Positions 1 to 9,593 are shown, counted from the first letter of the stretch. The stretch: DNA of 64,000 nucleotides from an uncultured Ignavibacteriales bacterium (GCA_964611355.1 CAZSYD010000009.1:1-64000), one strand, 5' to 3'. Numbers and translations are program-made. The notes: generated by a model not told the origin, from the sequence alone.

Positions 1-691
1 TGTTTCTCCGTGTTTAAAATTGATCTACGCCGGTCATGGTGGGTCTCTTTTTGTTCTGATATCTGACCAAAGCCGCACTCCGATGATAGAATATAACAGC
101 GGTGTTTGCGAAGGGCAAGAAAAAACCCCAGCGACCACCGGGGTCAATATCTATGGCCGGCCTTACGTGACGAGTTTCTAAAATCACGGGTGGCTCACCG
201 CTTGCGGTGAGAATAATATTTACAAAACCCCCGGCAAGGCCGCGGGCCGCCACGAAAATTTATCACACCTTCAGGTATCCCGCCGGGTTGGTGATCCGGC
301 CGGTGCCACGCACCCCACAGTTTATTATGCATTTCTATTCTTACGTTATCAACATACAACCAATGTTATTTCATAACCTCACCCTATTAATGGATAATTA
401 TACCGGGGATATAAATATGTCTGTAGGCAAAAAACGACTCATCGCCAACCGCCGCAACGGCCCCAAACAGACCTTTGGCCGCATCTTCAGGGCTGCTGTC
501 AGGCGGAATCACCACAAAACCGATACAACGAAAAGTAAAATATGATGGAACAAACCCATTTCCCCCTAACCAATGGAAACATATCATACTTTATCCGGAT
601 AACGAATCTCATGGCCGGCGGAAATCTGCGTTTTTACCCTGACCCGGCCGGCGGGCACGGAGAGGCAAAGCGATATATCACAACTTTTTAC

Positions 692-718
692 TGTAACGGG
701 CTTGATTTCTGCCGATAT
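692..718 (+). promoter_or_regulatory. possible sigma28 (FliA) promoter of motAB
   Basis: GCCGATAT at 711-718 is a good -10. The -35 (TGTAAC, 692-697) is a poor match to TAAA. Confidence 0.4.
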
Positions 719-771
719 CCTGAATAATCAGGTGAATTGCCGCAAATAGCGGCCAAAACAGCATTGGCGAT

Positions 772-1533
772 ATGGATATAGCAACTATAGGCGGATTGAT
801 AATCGGCGTGGGAGCGATTGTTGTCGCTTTCATAATTGACGGAGGGAATCTGGGAGCGGTTGCCCGTACCTCGCCCATGATCCTTGTCATCGGCGGGACG
901 ATCGGGGCCGCGACGATTACGACCTCATTCAGGACAATCCGCAATATCCCCGGACTTCTCCGGATAGCTTTCAGGGGCAAATCGCCAGATTCGATAGGGA
1001 CTATTGAACGGATTGTGTCGCTCTCCGAAAAAGCGCGGCGCGAAGGCGTCCTCGGGCTGGAGAAAGATGTCGAGAATATGAACAATCCGTTTTTCAAGAA
1101 GGCGTTGCAACTGGTTGTCGATGGCACCGAGGCGACTCTGATTCGGCAGATTCTGGAAACCGAGGTCAATTACCTGACCGAACGCCACCGCCAGGGGATT
1201 GGTCTTTTCAAAGCCCTGGGCGGTTTCTCGCCGACGCTGGGCATTATCGGGACGGTACTTGGTTTGATTCATGCCCTGTCAAGTACTTCCGACGCTTCCC
1301 GAATGGCCGGCGCCATCGCCGGAGCCTTTATTGCCACCCTTTGGGGCATCGGCATGGCCAACCTGTGCTACCTGCCCATCGGCGACAAGCTGCGCCTGCG
1401 CCACGAAGAAGAAGAGGCCAACCTCGAACTTATTATAGAAGGATTAATCGGTATTCAATCCGGTGATAACCCCCGGATTATCCGCACCCGGTTGATGTCC
1501 TTTGTCGAGCCCCAGGTAAGGCGGGAAGTGTAA
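772..1533 (+). CDS. motA: flagellar stator protein MotA
   Basis: MDIATIGG N-terminus, REGVLGLE, GFSPTLGIIGTVLGLI and GIQSGDNP motifs, hydrophobic TM segments. Confidence 0.95.
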   Translation: MDIATIGGLIIGVGAIVVAFIIDGGNLGAVARTSPMILVIGGTIGAATITTSFRTIRNIPGLLRIAFRGKSPDSIGTIERIVSLSEKARREGVLGLEKDVENMNNPFFKKALQLVVDGTEATLIRQILETEVNYLTERHRQGIGLFKALGGFSPTLGIIGTVLGLIHALSSTSDASRMAGAIAGAFIATLWGIGMANLCYLPIGDKLRLRHEEEEANLELIIEGLIGIQSGDNPRIIRTRLMSFVEPQVRREV

Positions 1534-2352
1534 TTGTTTTTCAGAAGAAAGCGCAAAGACGATATCCCCCAGGATAATCCCGATCGGTGGCTTTTGACCT
1601 ATGCCGACCTGATTACCCTTCTTCTGGCCTTTTTCCTTGTCATGTATTCCATGTCGGTGATGGATGCCAAAAAATTCGGCAAAATGACCGAGGCCCTGAG
1701 GGGAATTCTGAAAGGCGGCCCTTCCGTTTTGCGGAATCAGGATATCGAAAATATCGGCGACGGTCACGGCCTTCTTCGTGTCGGCAGCCTGCAGATGCTC
1801 CAGTCAAGTATTTACGGCAAGGCCGAGAAAGTCGGGCGAGACGGAGAGATTATAGCCGAAATGAACGAGCGTGGCCTGACCATTCATATTATGGAATCGG
1901 CCCTTTTCGATGAAGGCCGGGCTCGTCTCAAGCCAAAGGCCATGGAAATCCTCAACCTGGTGGTCGGTGATATCATAAAAATGCCCAACCATGTTCGGGT
2001 CGAGGGACATACCGATGATCGTCCGATAAATAACGAACGTTTCCCGTCCAACTGGGAACTATCGACCGCCCGCGCCACGAATGTCGTCCGGTATTTTATT
2101 GATAACTACAGTTTTCCGCCGGATAGAATAGCGGCTCTGGGTTATGCCTCGTATCGACCGTATATGCCCAATAACAGCATCGAAAACCGGGCAAAAAATC
2201 GACGCGTCGATATCGTCGTGCTTACCATGGAGCTTTCGGCGGCGGAACCGGCCTCGGAGATAGACGACTTTGCCCGGCAGCAGATCAATGTTTTTCGCAG
2301 CATGGTACGGGAAATAGATTCCGTATCAAGTGGCAATAATTTCCGTTTCTGA
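1534..2352 (+). CDS. motB: flagellar stator protein MotB
   Basis: WLLTYADLITLLLAFF TM with the conserved Asp; OmpA-like domain (EGHTD, SNWELSTARA, NRRVDIV). TTG start directly after the motA stop. Confidence 0.95.
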   Translation: MFFRRKRKDDIPQDNPDRWLLTYADLITLLLAFFLVMYSMSVMDAKKFGKMTEALRGILKGGPSVLRNQDIENIGDGHGLLRVGSLQMLQSSIYGKAEKVGRDGEIIAEMNERGLTIHIMESALFDEGRARLKPKAMEILNLVVGDIIKMPNHVRVEGHTDDRPINNERFPSNWELSTARATNVVRYFIDNYSFPPDRIAALGYASYRPYMPNNSIENRAKNRRVDIVVLTMELSAAEPASEIDDFARQQINVFRSMVREIDSVSSGNNFRF

Positions 2353-2433
2353 AGTTTATATTCCTTTATCCATCCTTTCAAATTCTTCGATAACGTCTTA
2401 ATTGGCAACCGATTACCGGTGCGGTGCGGTCTT

Positions 2434-2449
2434 TGGCATCGGGGTTGCT
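2434..2449 (+). promoter_or_regulatory. sigma54 -24/-12 promoter of the flgB operon
   Basis: TGGCAT-cgggg-TTGCT, exact GG-N10-GC spacing, 22 nt before the flgB ATG. Confidence 0.75.
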
Positions 2450-2471
2450 TTCTGATGGTTCGGAGAAATAT

Positions 2472-2885
2472 ATGGGCAATGTCATCAATAAACTGGTCTG
2501 GGACAAGACCGGCGTCAATAAGTTCAATAAGCTGCTCGATCTGACCGCTTATCGGCATAAGTTAATCTCCGGCAATGTTGCCAATTCGGCCACTCCCGGA
2601 TATGCCGCCAGGGATATAGATTTCCAGGCGGAAATGGACAAGACTCTTGGTTCGGGACCGGTTTTGAAAATGGAGACAACCAGCCCCAATCATCTCGGAA
2701 ATGCCGGTCCCAACAGCAGGATCAAGGTTATCGAGCATCGTGCGGAGTCGGATGATGAACTCAACGGTGTCGATATCGATACCGAGGTTACCAATTTGGC
2801 TGTCAACCAGATGAGATATTCCATCGGGGCGAGGATTCTCCAGAAGAAATTGTCCTTCTTAAGAAAAGTAATAACAGGCAGGTAG
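2472..2885 (+). CDS. flgB: basal-body rod protein FlgB
   Basis: ISGNVANSATPGY and NGVDIDTE motifs. ATG at 2472 preferred over the ORF-track start (GGAG upstream, downstream of the sigma54 site). Confidence 0.9.
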   Translation: MGNVINKLVWDKTGVNKFNKLLDLTAYRHKLISGNVANSATPGYAARDIDFQAEMDKTLGSGPVLKMETTSPNHLGNAGPNSRIKVIEHRAESDDELNGVDIDTEVTNLAVNQMRYSIGARILQKKLSFLRKVITGR

Positions 2886-2893
2886 GATAGGGT

Positions 2894-3388
2894 ATGGAAG
2901 GGGTTTTTTCGTCGATTGATATATCGGGTTCCGGTATGTCGCTTCAACGCCGGAAGATGAACGTGGTGGCCGAGAATATCGCCAACGCCGAGACCACTAA
3001 AACCGAAGACGGAGGGCCGTATCGCCGTCGCCGATTGCAGGTGAACTCCGATTCGGAGAAATTGCCTTTCAAAACGATTCTGAATAACAGCCGGGCGGGT
3101 CTGGCCAGAACACACAAATCGCATATGACAGGCGCGCCGTCGGTAACCGGTAATTATGAATCAGTAGTAACGGCAAGGTCGAAGGAGATCATTGCCGGGG
3201 AGGACGAATATCGGCTGGTTTATGACCCGGGCCACCCTGAAGCAGACGAGGACGGCTACGTAAAGATGCCGGACATCGAAATCATAAATGAAATGGTTGA
3301 TATGATATCGGCCAATCGCGCTTATGAAGCCAATGCCATGGCTATCTCAGCCTCAAAAGATATGCTGAAAGGCGCACTCGAAATTTAG
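2894..3388 (+). CDS. flgC: basal-body rod protein FlgC
   Basis: AENIANAETT, GPYRRR, YDPGHPEAD, EMVDMISANRAYEAN. Confidence 0.95.
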   Translation: MEGVFSSIDISGSGMSLQRRKMNVVAENIANAETTKTEDGGPYRRRRLQVNSDSEKLPFKTILNNSRAGLARTHKSHMTGAPSVTGNYESVVTARSKEIIAGEDEYRLVYDPGHPEADEDGYVKMPDIEIINEMVDMISANRAYEANAMAISASKDMLKGALEI

Positions 3389-3417
3389 ATTGCCTTAAAG
3401 AGGAGGAGGAACAGGAC

Positions 3418-3756
3418 GTGACCATTAAGGCGGTTCCGGTCGAAGCATACCGGCAGGCCAATAATTATTCTGCCGCGAAGAGCGAGACCGGAAAGAAAGA
3501 AGAGCTTGATCCGAAAAAAGCCTCACGATCTGATAAAATAACTCTGCCGGGCGTTAACGACGCTCAGGTCGGGAGCATTAAGCTCGAGAAACCTCCATCT
3601 CTATTGAGCGGGGTTCTTTCATCGGAAGAAAGAGACCTGCTCGTTAAATATTTTGCCCGGTTTGGCGATACGCCGGAATCATCTCAGATTTACGGTACCG
3701 ATGCCCGGACATCCAAGACGCCTGCAACCGGCTTTAAGGTGGATTTGAAAGGATGA
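3418..3756 (+). CDS. hypothetical protein between flgC and fliE
   Basis: 112 aa, GGAGG-rich RBS, GTG start, stop overlaps the fliE ATG; C-terminal GFKVDLKG. Confidence 0.75.
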   Translation: MTIKAVPVEAYRQANNYSAAKSETGKKEELDPKKASRSDKITLPGVNDAQVGSIKLEKPPSLLSGVLSSEERDLLVKYFARFGDTPESSQIYGTDARTSKTPATGFKVDLKG

Positions 3757-4055
3757 ATGGAATAAAAATTACGCCTCAGTCGATAATTCCTTCTTTTCCC
3801 GAAGGGAAGCCGGCCCAAATAGGGGCTGGAGAGAAGGAAAATTTCGGCGATTTCCTGACAAAAGCGATCAATGATGTTGAGGGCCTGCAGAAGGGAGCCG
3901 AGGAGGCTCAGGACATGCTTGTCCGAGGTGAAGCGGCCGAACTCCACCAGGTGATGATTGCCGCCGAGAAGGCGGGCATCTCCTTTGATCTGCTTCTGGA
4001 AATCAGAAAGAAGCTGCTTGACGCCTATCAGGAAATAATCCGGATGCCGGTTTAG
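3753..4055 (+). CDS. fliE: hook-basal body protein FliE
   Basis: LHQVMIAAEKA...IRKKLLDAYQEIIRMPV C-terminus. Confidence 0.93.
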   Translation: MNGIKITPQSIIPSFPEGKPAQIGAGEKENFGDFLTKAINDVEGLQKGAEEAQDMLVRGEAAELHQVMIAAEKAGISFDLLLEIRKKLLDAYQEIIRMPV

Positions 4056-4090
4056 GCGACAGTTGATATTCGTTTCAAATAGGACTTGAT

Positions 4091-5680
4091 ATGGAATATC
4101 TCAAAAGAGTTTTTGAACGGCTGGCTGAAATCGTCAAGAGAATGTCGGTCAGTCAGGTGGTTATGCTGGCCGCCATTGTGGTCGGTACCGTAATTGGTAT
4201 GGTCGTTGTCGCCGGCTGGCTTGGCAAGGTTACTTATCAACCGCTGTATGCTGATCTTGATCCGTCCGAAGCGGCCGAAATTACAGGTTATCTGGCCGAT
4301 AAAAATATCCCTTACCAGTTAGGCGCCGGGGGTACCACCATTGAAGTGCCTCAGTCCGATCTTTATGAAGCTCGTCTGGCGCTCGCTTCCCAGGGATTGC
4401 CGCATTCCGGAAGCGTCGGTTATTCCATCTTTGACGAGACAAACCTTGGCATGACTGATTTTCTGCAAAGACTTAATTTCAAGCGGGCCCTGGAAGGGGA
4501 GCTGGCGCGTACTATCTCGGCATTAAACGAAGTACGGGCGGCGCGCGTTCATATTGTCATCCCCGAGGATCGACTATTCGCCGAGCAGCAGAAGGAGGCA
4601 ACGGCGTCGGTGGTTCTCAAGTTGAAACATCGCGGCGGGCTATCCAAGACCCAGGTCAATGGCATTGCCCACCTGGTGGCCTCGTCGGTCGAAGGACTGG
4701 AAGCGAGTAGTATTACCATTATCGATTATGACGGCAATCTGCTGTCTTTGGATAAGACCGGTGGCGAACAGGCAAATCTCACTGCGACGCAGTTGGATGT
4801 GACGCAGGCGGTGGAGCAGGGTCTTGAAAAGAAGGCGCAAACCATGCTCGACGGCGTCCTTGGGCCGGGCAGGTCGATTGTTCGGGTTACGGCTGAGTTG
4901 GATTTTCGGGAATATTCTCGAGAATCCGAGAATTATGATCCAAACCTGGTAGCGGTTCGGTCGGAACAGAAGACCGAAAACTCTGACGTGGCCACTAAGA
5001 AAGGAAGCGAAAACGGCGAGGATAAGCAGGATAACCGATCCGATGTAACGGTAACCAACTACGAAGTATCCAGGACCGTTGAGTCGGTTAAAAATGCGGT
5101 CGGCACCATAAAGCGGTTATCGGTTGCGGTAACTCTCGACGGCACCTACAGTCTTATTAAGAATGAAGGTGGTAATAAAGAAGAAATCGTCTATGAACCG
5201 AGGCCACAGGATGAGATAGACCGGCTATCGGCTATTGTGAGGAATGCAATCGGTTTTTCCTCGGAGCGCAATGACCAGATTGAGATCGTCAATATTGCTT
5301 TTGATAAAACCTATTTGACCGATCAGCAGAAGCAGCTTGATGAGCAGTATAAGCGCGAGTTTTATTATAACATAATCAAGCAGGCCCTGATGTGGGGGGC
5401 GGGATTGCTGATCCTTTTATACCTGCGCAAGAAGATAAAACGATTCTTTGCCGGTCTGGCCAGGATATTGCCGCCCAAGCGAGCGCGGACCAAACCGGCT
5501 GCGCGAAAGGCGCCGGGACTCGAAGCGATAGGAGAAGAGGAAGAGGAAGAGGAAGAGGAAGAGGAACCGGAGATGGTTATGGAAAAACGCAGGCCGAGGT
5601 TGATTGACCATATGCAAGAGGCGGCCAAAGATGAGCCGGATGAAATCGCCAGGGTAATCAGAACCATGATGGTGGAATAA
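4091..5680 (+). CDS. fliF: MS-ring protein FliF
   Basis: RALEGELARTI, ARVHIVIP, ATASVVL, IKRLSVAV motifs; two TM segments. Confidence 0.95.
   Translation: MEYLKRVFERLAEIVKRMSVSQVVMLAAIVVGTVIGMVVVAGWLGKVTYQPLYADLDPSEAAEITGYLADKNIPYQLGAGGTTIEVPQSDLYEARLALASQGLPHSGSVGYSIFDETNLGMTDFLQRLNFKRALEGELARTISALNEVRAARVHIVIPEDRLFAEQQKEATASVVLKLKHRGGLSKTQVNGIAHLVASSVEGLEASSITIIDYDGNLLSLDKTGGEQANLTATQLDVTQAVEQGLEKKAQTMLDGVLGPGRSIVRVTAELDFREYSRESENYDPNLVAVRSEQKTENSDVATKKGSENGEDKQDNRSDVTVTNYEVSRTVESVKNAVGTIKRLSVAVTLDGTYSLIKNEGGNKEEIVYEPRPQDEIDRLSAIVRNAIGFSSERNDQIEIVNIAFDKTYLTDQQKQLDEQYKREFYYNIIKQALMWGAGLLILLYLRKKIKRFFAGLARILPPKRARTKPAARKAPGLEAIGEEEEEEEEEEEPEMVMEKRRPRLIDHMQEAAKDEPDEIARVIRTMMVE
5534..5566 (+). 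repeat. in-frame (GAAGAG)5.5 microsatellite encoding 11 Glu in FliF
   Basis: Perfect hexamer repeat read directly from the sequence. Confidence 0.9.
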
Positions 5681-5699
5681 ACCAGGGCGGGATATTTTA

Positions 5700-6710
5700 A
5701 TGCAATATGAGGATTTAACAGCCATACAAAAGGCGGCCATAGCGCTGGTTGCTTTTGGAACTGAGGTTTCCTCGTTGGTTTTGAAAACCCTCAATGAGGA
5801 CGATCTCGAACGGATTACGGTCGAAATTGCCAATCTTCGTGAAGTCCCTCCTGATGTTGAGGAAAAGGTCATAAAGGAGTGCCATGAGATATTCATGGCT
5901 CGAAAATATGTTTCCCAGGGCGGAATAGATTTTGCAAAAGGCTTACTGGAAAAAGCGGTTGGTTCCAAAAGGGCGGTTGAGGTTCTCAACCGGCTGGAGT
6001 CATCGCTTCAAACATCCGGCTTTAACCTCCTGAAAAATATCGATCCCGCTCAGTTGGTTAATTTTATCAGGAACGAACATCCTCAGACAATTTCACTGAT
6101 TCTGACTCAGCTTGTTCCCCCACAGGCTGCGGCCGTCTTATCGGAACTGCCGCCGGAATTGCAGGCCGAAGTGTCCCTGCGAGTGGCTACTATGGAAAAG
6201 ATATCACCCGGCGTGCTAAAAGAAGTGGAGGCAACCCTGGAGTCTCATTTCAGCGATACGGCCGGTAAAGATCTGTCGGTTTCGGGCGGTGCCAAGACTA
6301 TTGCCGAAATCCTGAACATCATCGAAACATCGGCCGAGAAAAATATTCTGCAGGCGATTGAAGCCGAAGACGCTGACCTGGCCGCGGAAATAAAAAACAT
6401 GATGTTTGTCTTTGATGATCTGATCCTGCTTGACGATCGCAGCGTACAGAGGTTGCTAAAGGAGGTCGAAACCAAAGACCTGGCCATCTCGCTGAAGGCT
6501 GCTTCGGAAGAAGTAAAAAGCAAGATTTTCTCCAATGTATCGGAGCGCGTTTCCGTTTTGATCAAAGAAGAGATCGAATTTATGGGGCCGATGAGACTCT
6601 CCGATGTGGAATCGGCCCAGCAGCGGGTTGTCGAAACCGTCAGGCGACTTGAGGAAGAAGGCCAGATAGTAATATCCGGGCGTGGTGGAAAGGATGATGT
6701 CATTGTCTAA
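5700..6710 (+). CDS. fliG: motor switch protein FliG
   Basis: QKAAI, GGIDF, EHPQTI, MFVFDDL, GPMRLSDVESAQ motifs. Confidence 0.96.
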   Translation: MQYEDLTAIQKAAIALVAFGTEVSSLVLKTLNEDDLERITVEIANLREVPPDVEEKVIKECHEIFMARKYVSQGGIDFAKGLLEKAVGSKRAVEVLNRLESSLQTSGFNLLKNIDPAQLVNFIRNEHPQTISLILTQLVPPQAAAVLSELPPELQAEVSLRVATMEKISPGVLKEVEATLESHFSDTAGKDLSVSGGAKTIAEILNIIETSAEKNILQAIEAEDADLAAEIKNMMFVFDDLILLDDRSVQRLLKEVETKDLAISLKAASEEVKSKIFSNVSERVSVLIKEEIEFMGPMRLSDVESAQQRVVETVRRLEEEGQIVISGRGGKDDVIV

Positions 6711-7431
6711 TATTCGTTCCATACCCCCGGGAAACGGCAAAGTACTGGTTGGTGAGTACTGCGTCGATCAAAAGGCGGAAAAAGAAGCCGAAACAATTCT
6801 GGCAACCTCTTATCCGGAGGTAAAACTCTTCACCACGCCGGAAGGAAAAAAAATCATCCCTTTGCAACAGCTTTTAATTCTCGAAAACAGGTTCCAATCC
6901 GAAAAAATGACAATCTACGAACAAAGGTATAAAGAGGGACGCGAAGAGGGATACTCGGCCGGGCATGCCGCCGGGTTGGAGGAAGGGCAAAAAGATGCCC
7001 GCGAGGCGGTGGCCTCGCTGTCCGGGTTGCTGAGAGATGTCACCCGACAGCGGCACACATTGCTTGAAGAAGCCAAACAGAAAATATTGGAGATGGTTCT
7101 TAAGATATCCGCTAAACTGACTTTTACTGCCGCTGCCGTTGATCCGGAAATTACCATGTCGATTATATCCGGCGCCATCGATCAGCTTCTGGATAAGAGC
7201 AAAATCAAAGTTAAAGTTAATCCCGATCATCTCCCCGAAATTGAACAACATATCGATAACTTCCGTGGCCGGGATACGGCGATCAAGGAGTTCAAACTGG
7301 AAGCGGACCCTCGCGTGCAAAAAGGTGGCTGCTTTATCGAAACATCCTCCGGTGACATTGATGCCCGGCTGGAGTCGATGTACGAAGTCATCAAGCAGAC
7401 TATCCTTGGCGGGGAGGACGCGGTTAGTTGA
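6697..7431 (+). CDS. fliH: flagellar export protein FliH
   Basis: GxxxG repeats (EGREEGYSAGHAAGLEEG), VNPD, GGCFIETSSGDIDARLE. Start uncertain (6682/6694/6697). Confidence 0.88.
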   Translation: MSLSNIRSIPPGNGKVLVGEYCVDQKAEKEAETILATSYPEVKLFTTPEGKKIIPLQQLLILENRFQSEKMTIYEQRYKEGREEGYSAGHAAGLEEGQKDAREAVASLSGLLRDVTRQRHTLLEEAKQKILEMVLKISAKLTFTAAAVDPEITMSIISGAIDQLLDKSKIKVKVNPDHLPEIEQHIDNFRGRDTAIKEFKLEADPRVQKGGCFIETSSGDIDARLESMYEVIKQTILGGEDAVS

Positions 7432-8777
7432 AAATCGCCTACGACTATTACCTGGACAGGATCGAAACGGCCCGGCTAATCAAACAGTACGGAACCGTCT
7501 GCCGAGTGGCCGGTTTGATAGTGGAATCGAAGGGCCCGGCAGTGCCGGTAGGATCGCTGTGCCATATCGAAGCGGCGGATTCCGGCGATCCCGTTTTGGC
7601 GGAGGTGGTCGGTTTCAAAGAAAACGTTATCTTCCTGATGCCACTGGGAAACATTCGCGGGATAAATCCCGGCTCCATCGTTACCAGCACCGGCCGGCAA
7701 CTAAGTGCTTCGGTCGGTGATCAGCTTTTAGGACGAGTGGTCGATGGCCTGGGCCGGCCGATTGATAATAAGGGGCCGTTGATCACAACCAAACATCGTT
7801 CTCTAAGTGCCGATCCTCCACGAGCTCTTGAACGCCAAAGGATAGTTGAACCCCTTTACACCGGCATCCGGGCCATCGACGCCCTGTGCACCTGCGGCAA
7901 GGGTCAGAGACTTGGCATATTTTCCGGTTCCGGAGTAGGTAAATCGATACTTATGGGGATGATTGCCAGAAATACCAGCGCCGACGTTACCGTTATCGGT
8001 TTGATCGGTGAACGCAGTCGCGAGGTAAAAGAGTTTATTGCCAAGGATCTCGGGGAAGAGGGGTTGAAGAATTCCATTGTCGTAGCGGTGACTTCCGATG
8101 AACCGGCGCTCATCCGGCTCAAGGGAGTCATGACGGCCACAACGCTCGCCGAATACTTTCGCGGCCAGGGCAAGGACGTTATGCTTCTGGTCGATTCCAT
8201 GACCCGCGTAGCCATGGCCCAGCGCGAGATAGGACTGGCCATAGGGGAACCGCCGGCGACAAAAGGGTATCCGCCGTCGGCGTTTGCCATGCTGCCCAAG
8301 ATCCTCGAAAGGTCGGGCCCGGGAGCAAAAGGTTCAATCACCGGTTTGTACACGGTTCTGGTGGAAGGGGATGATTTCAACGAACCGATATCCGACGCCG
8401 TCCGGTCCACCATCGACGGTCATATCGTCCTTTCGCGGCGGCTGGCGGCGAGAAACCAGTATCCCGCGATTGACGTTCTCGAATCGGTCAGCCGACTGAT
8501 GCTTGACGTCATCACGCCTGAACATGAAAAGGCAGCCGGTGAAATCAAGGAATTGCTGGCTACCTACCGCGAGGCGGAGGATCTTATAAATATCGGCGCC
8601 TACGTGAAGGGATCGTCGGAGAAGATTGATCACGCCATCGAATGTATTGACGGGATAAATCAATTTCTAAAACAAGGTATTTATGAGAAATGCGATCCCG
8701 ATGATGCGATTGCCGCCCTGCCGAGCCTGATTGCCGGGACTCAGGCTGAAACGGAAACCAGGGATGAAAAGGTTTAG
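7428..8777 (+). CDS. fliI: flagellar export ATPase FliI
   Basis: Walker A GSGVGKS, GERSREV, DSMTR, GEPPATKGYPPS, DGHIVLSR. Confidence 0.96.
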   Translation: MKIAYDYYLDRIETARLIKQYGTVCRVAGLIVESKGPAVPVGSLCHIEAADSGDPVLAEVVGFKENVIFLMPLGNIRGINPGSIVTSTGRQLSASVGDQLLGRVVDGLGRPIDNKGPLITTKHRSLSADPPRALERQRIVEPLYTGIRAIDALCTCGKGQRLGIFSGSGVGKSILMGMIARNTSADVTVIGLIGERSREVKEFIAKDLGEEGLKNSIVVAVTSDEPALIRLKGVMTATTLAEYFRGQGKDVMLLVDSMTRVAMAQREIGLAIGEPPATKGYPPSAFAMLPKILERSGPGAKGSITGLYTVLVEGDDFNEPISDAVRSTIDGHIVLSRRLAARNQYPAIDVLESVSRLMLDVITPEHEKAAGEIKELLATYREAEDLINIGAYVKGSSEKIDHAIECIDGINQFLKQGIYEKCDPDDAIAALPSLIAGTQAETETRDEKV

Positions 8778-9195
8778 GTTTCGCTTCGAAAAGATACTGG
8801 CCTTTCGTCGCCACCAGGAAAAGCAGAAGCAGCGGGAATTCGCGTCAGTGCAAAATATGGAACAAAAACAAAAAGGGAAACTGGCGGCCATTGCCGATGA
8901 CTTCGCTGTTTGTCAGGACGACGAAAAAAAATATCTGGTGGGAAAGATCAACCCCAATCGGTTAACAGAGTATTCACGCTATTTTCTGCTTTTGAAAAAA
9001 ATGGAACTTTCCGGTCGGGAGGTCCTCCGGCAGATATCCCGAGAGGTAGGTAAGAAACGGGATGAATTAATCGGAGCGACCAGGCGGAAAAAAATATATG
9101 AAAAATTGAAAGAACGCCACCAGGAAAAACATATTCTGGAGTTAAACCGGCTGATACAGAAGGAAAATGACGAGATAGGTCAAACCCACCGGTAG
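8764..9195 (+). CDS. fliJ: flagellar export protein FliJ
   Basis: MKRFRFRFEKIL start, coiled coil, QKENDE C-terminus, position after fliI. Confidence 0.88.
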   Translation: MKRFRFRFEKILAFRRHQEKQKQREFASVQNMEQKQKGKLAAIADDFAVCQDDEKKYLVGKINPNRLTEYSRYFLLLKKMELSGREVLRQISREVGKKRDELIGATRRKKIYEKLKERHQEKHILELNRLIQKENDEIGQTHR

Positions 9196-9246
9196 GCCTA
9201 CTCGCCAGACAAAACAGTAGTTCGTCCTTTTCTATTTCCTCTCAAC

Positions 9247-9275
9247 AAAAACCCCGGCTCAGGCCGGGGTTTTTT
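9247..9275. terminator. intrinsic terminator, potentially bidirectional
   Basis: AAAAACCCCGGC-tcag-GCCGGGGTTTTTT. Confidence 0.88.
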
Positions 9276-9296
9276 AACGGGCGATGCCGCGGCTAC

Positions 9297-9324
9297 TTTA
9301 GCTTTTCTGAAATGTTTCCGATAA
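9297..9324 (+). promoter_or_regulatory. putative sigma28 promoter of the Cys-rich orf
   Basis: TTTA-N16-TCCGATAA immediately after the fliJ terminator. Confidence 0.5.
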
Positions 9325-9344
9325 TCTTAAAACGAGGAATTATA

Positions 9345-9593
9345 ATGAAAGAAACTCGAGAAAAACAGAAAAGTGAAATCTGCGCTTATAAGGAATGCTG
9401 CTATTTGGCCGAGGCGTTGGAATGTTTCGGTTATAAACTTGATTGTGTATTATACCGTAAATCGAACAACCGTTTCTATACTCGTAAGAGCTTTGATGAA
9501 GCGATTGACCGGTTGATCAATAAAGCCAGAGCCAAATATGAACTCCTCAATCCCGAACCATTCGATGCGAAAAAGGCCCCGAAGGAAAAATAA
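9345..9593 (+). CDS. small Cys-rich hypothetical protein
   Basis: GAGGA RBS then ATG at 9345; C-x4-CC-x7-C-x6-C cluster followed by a predicted helix. Confidence 0.7.
   Translation: MKETREKQKSEICAYKECCYLAEALECFGYKLDCVLYRKSNNRFYTRKSFDEAIDRLINKARAKYELLNPEPFDAKKAPKEK

Noticed and set aside
1..727. ORFs 14-253(-), 207-545(+), 387-587(-), 542-727(+) upstream of motA
   Set aside because: No motifs or convincing RBS, and they overlap each other. The region looks intergenic; a minus-strand gene may start just outside the window.
1..770. Possible c-di-GMP riboswitch in the long motA upstream region
   Set aside because: Several GC hairpins are present, but I could not find the class I or II consensus by eye. 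An Rfam scan is needed.
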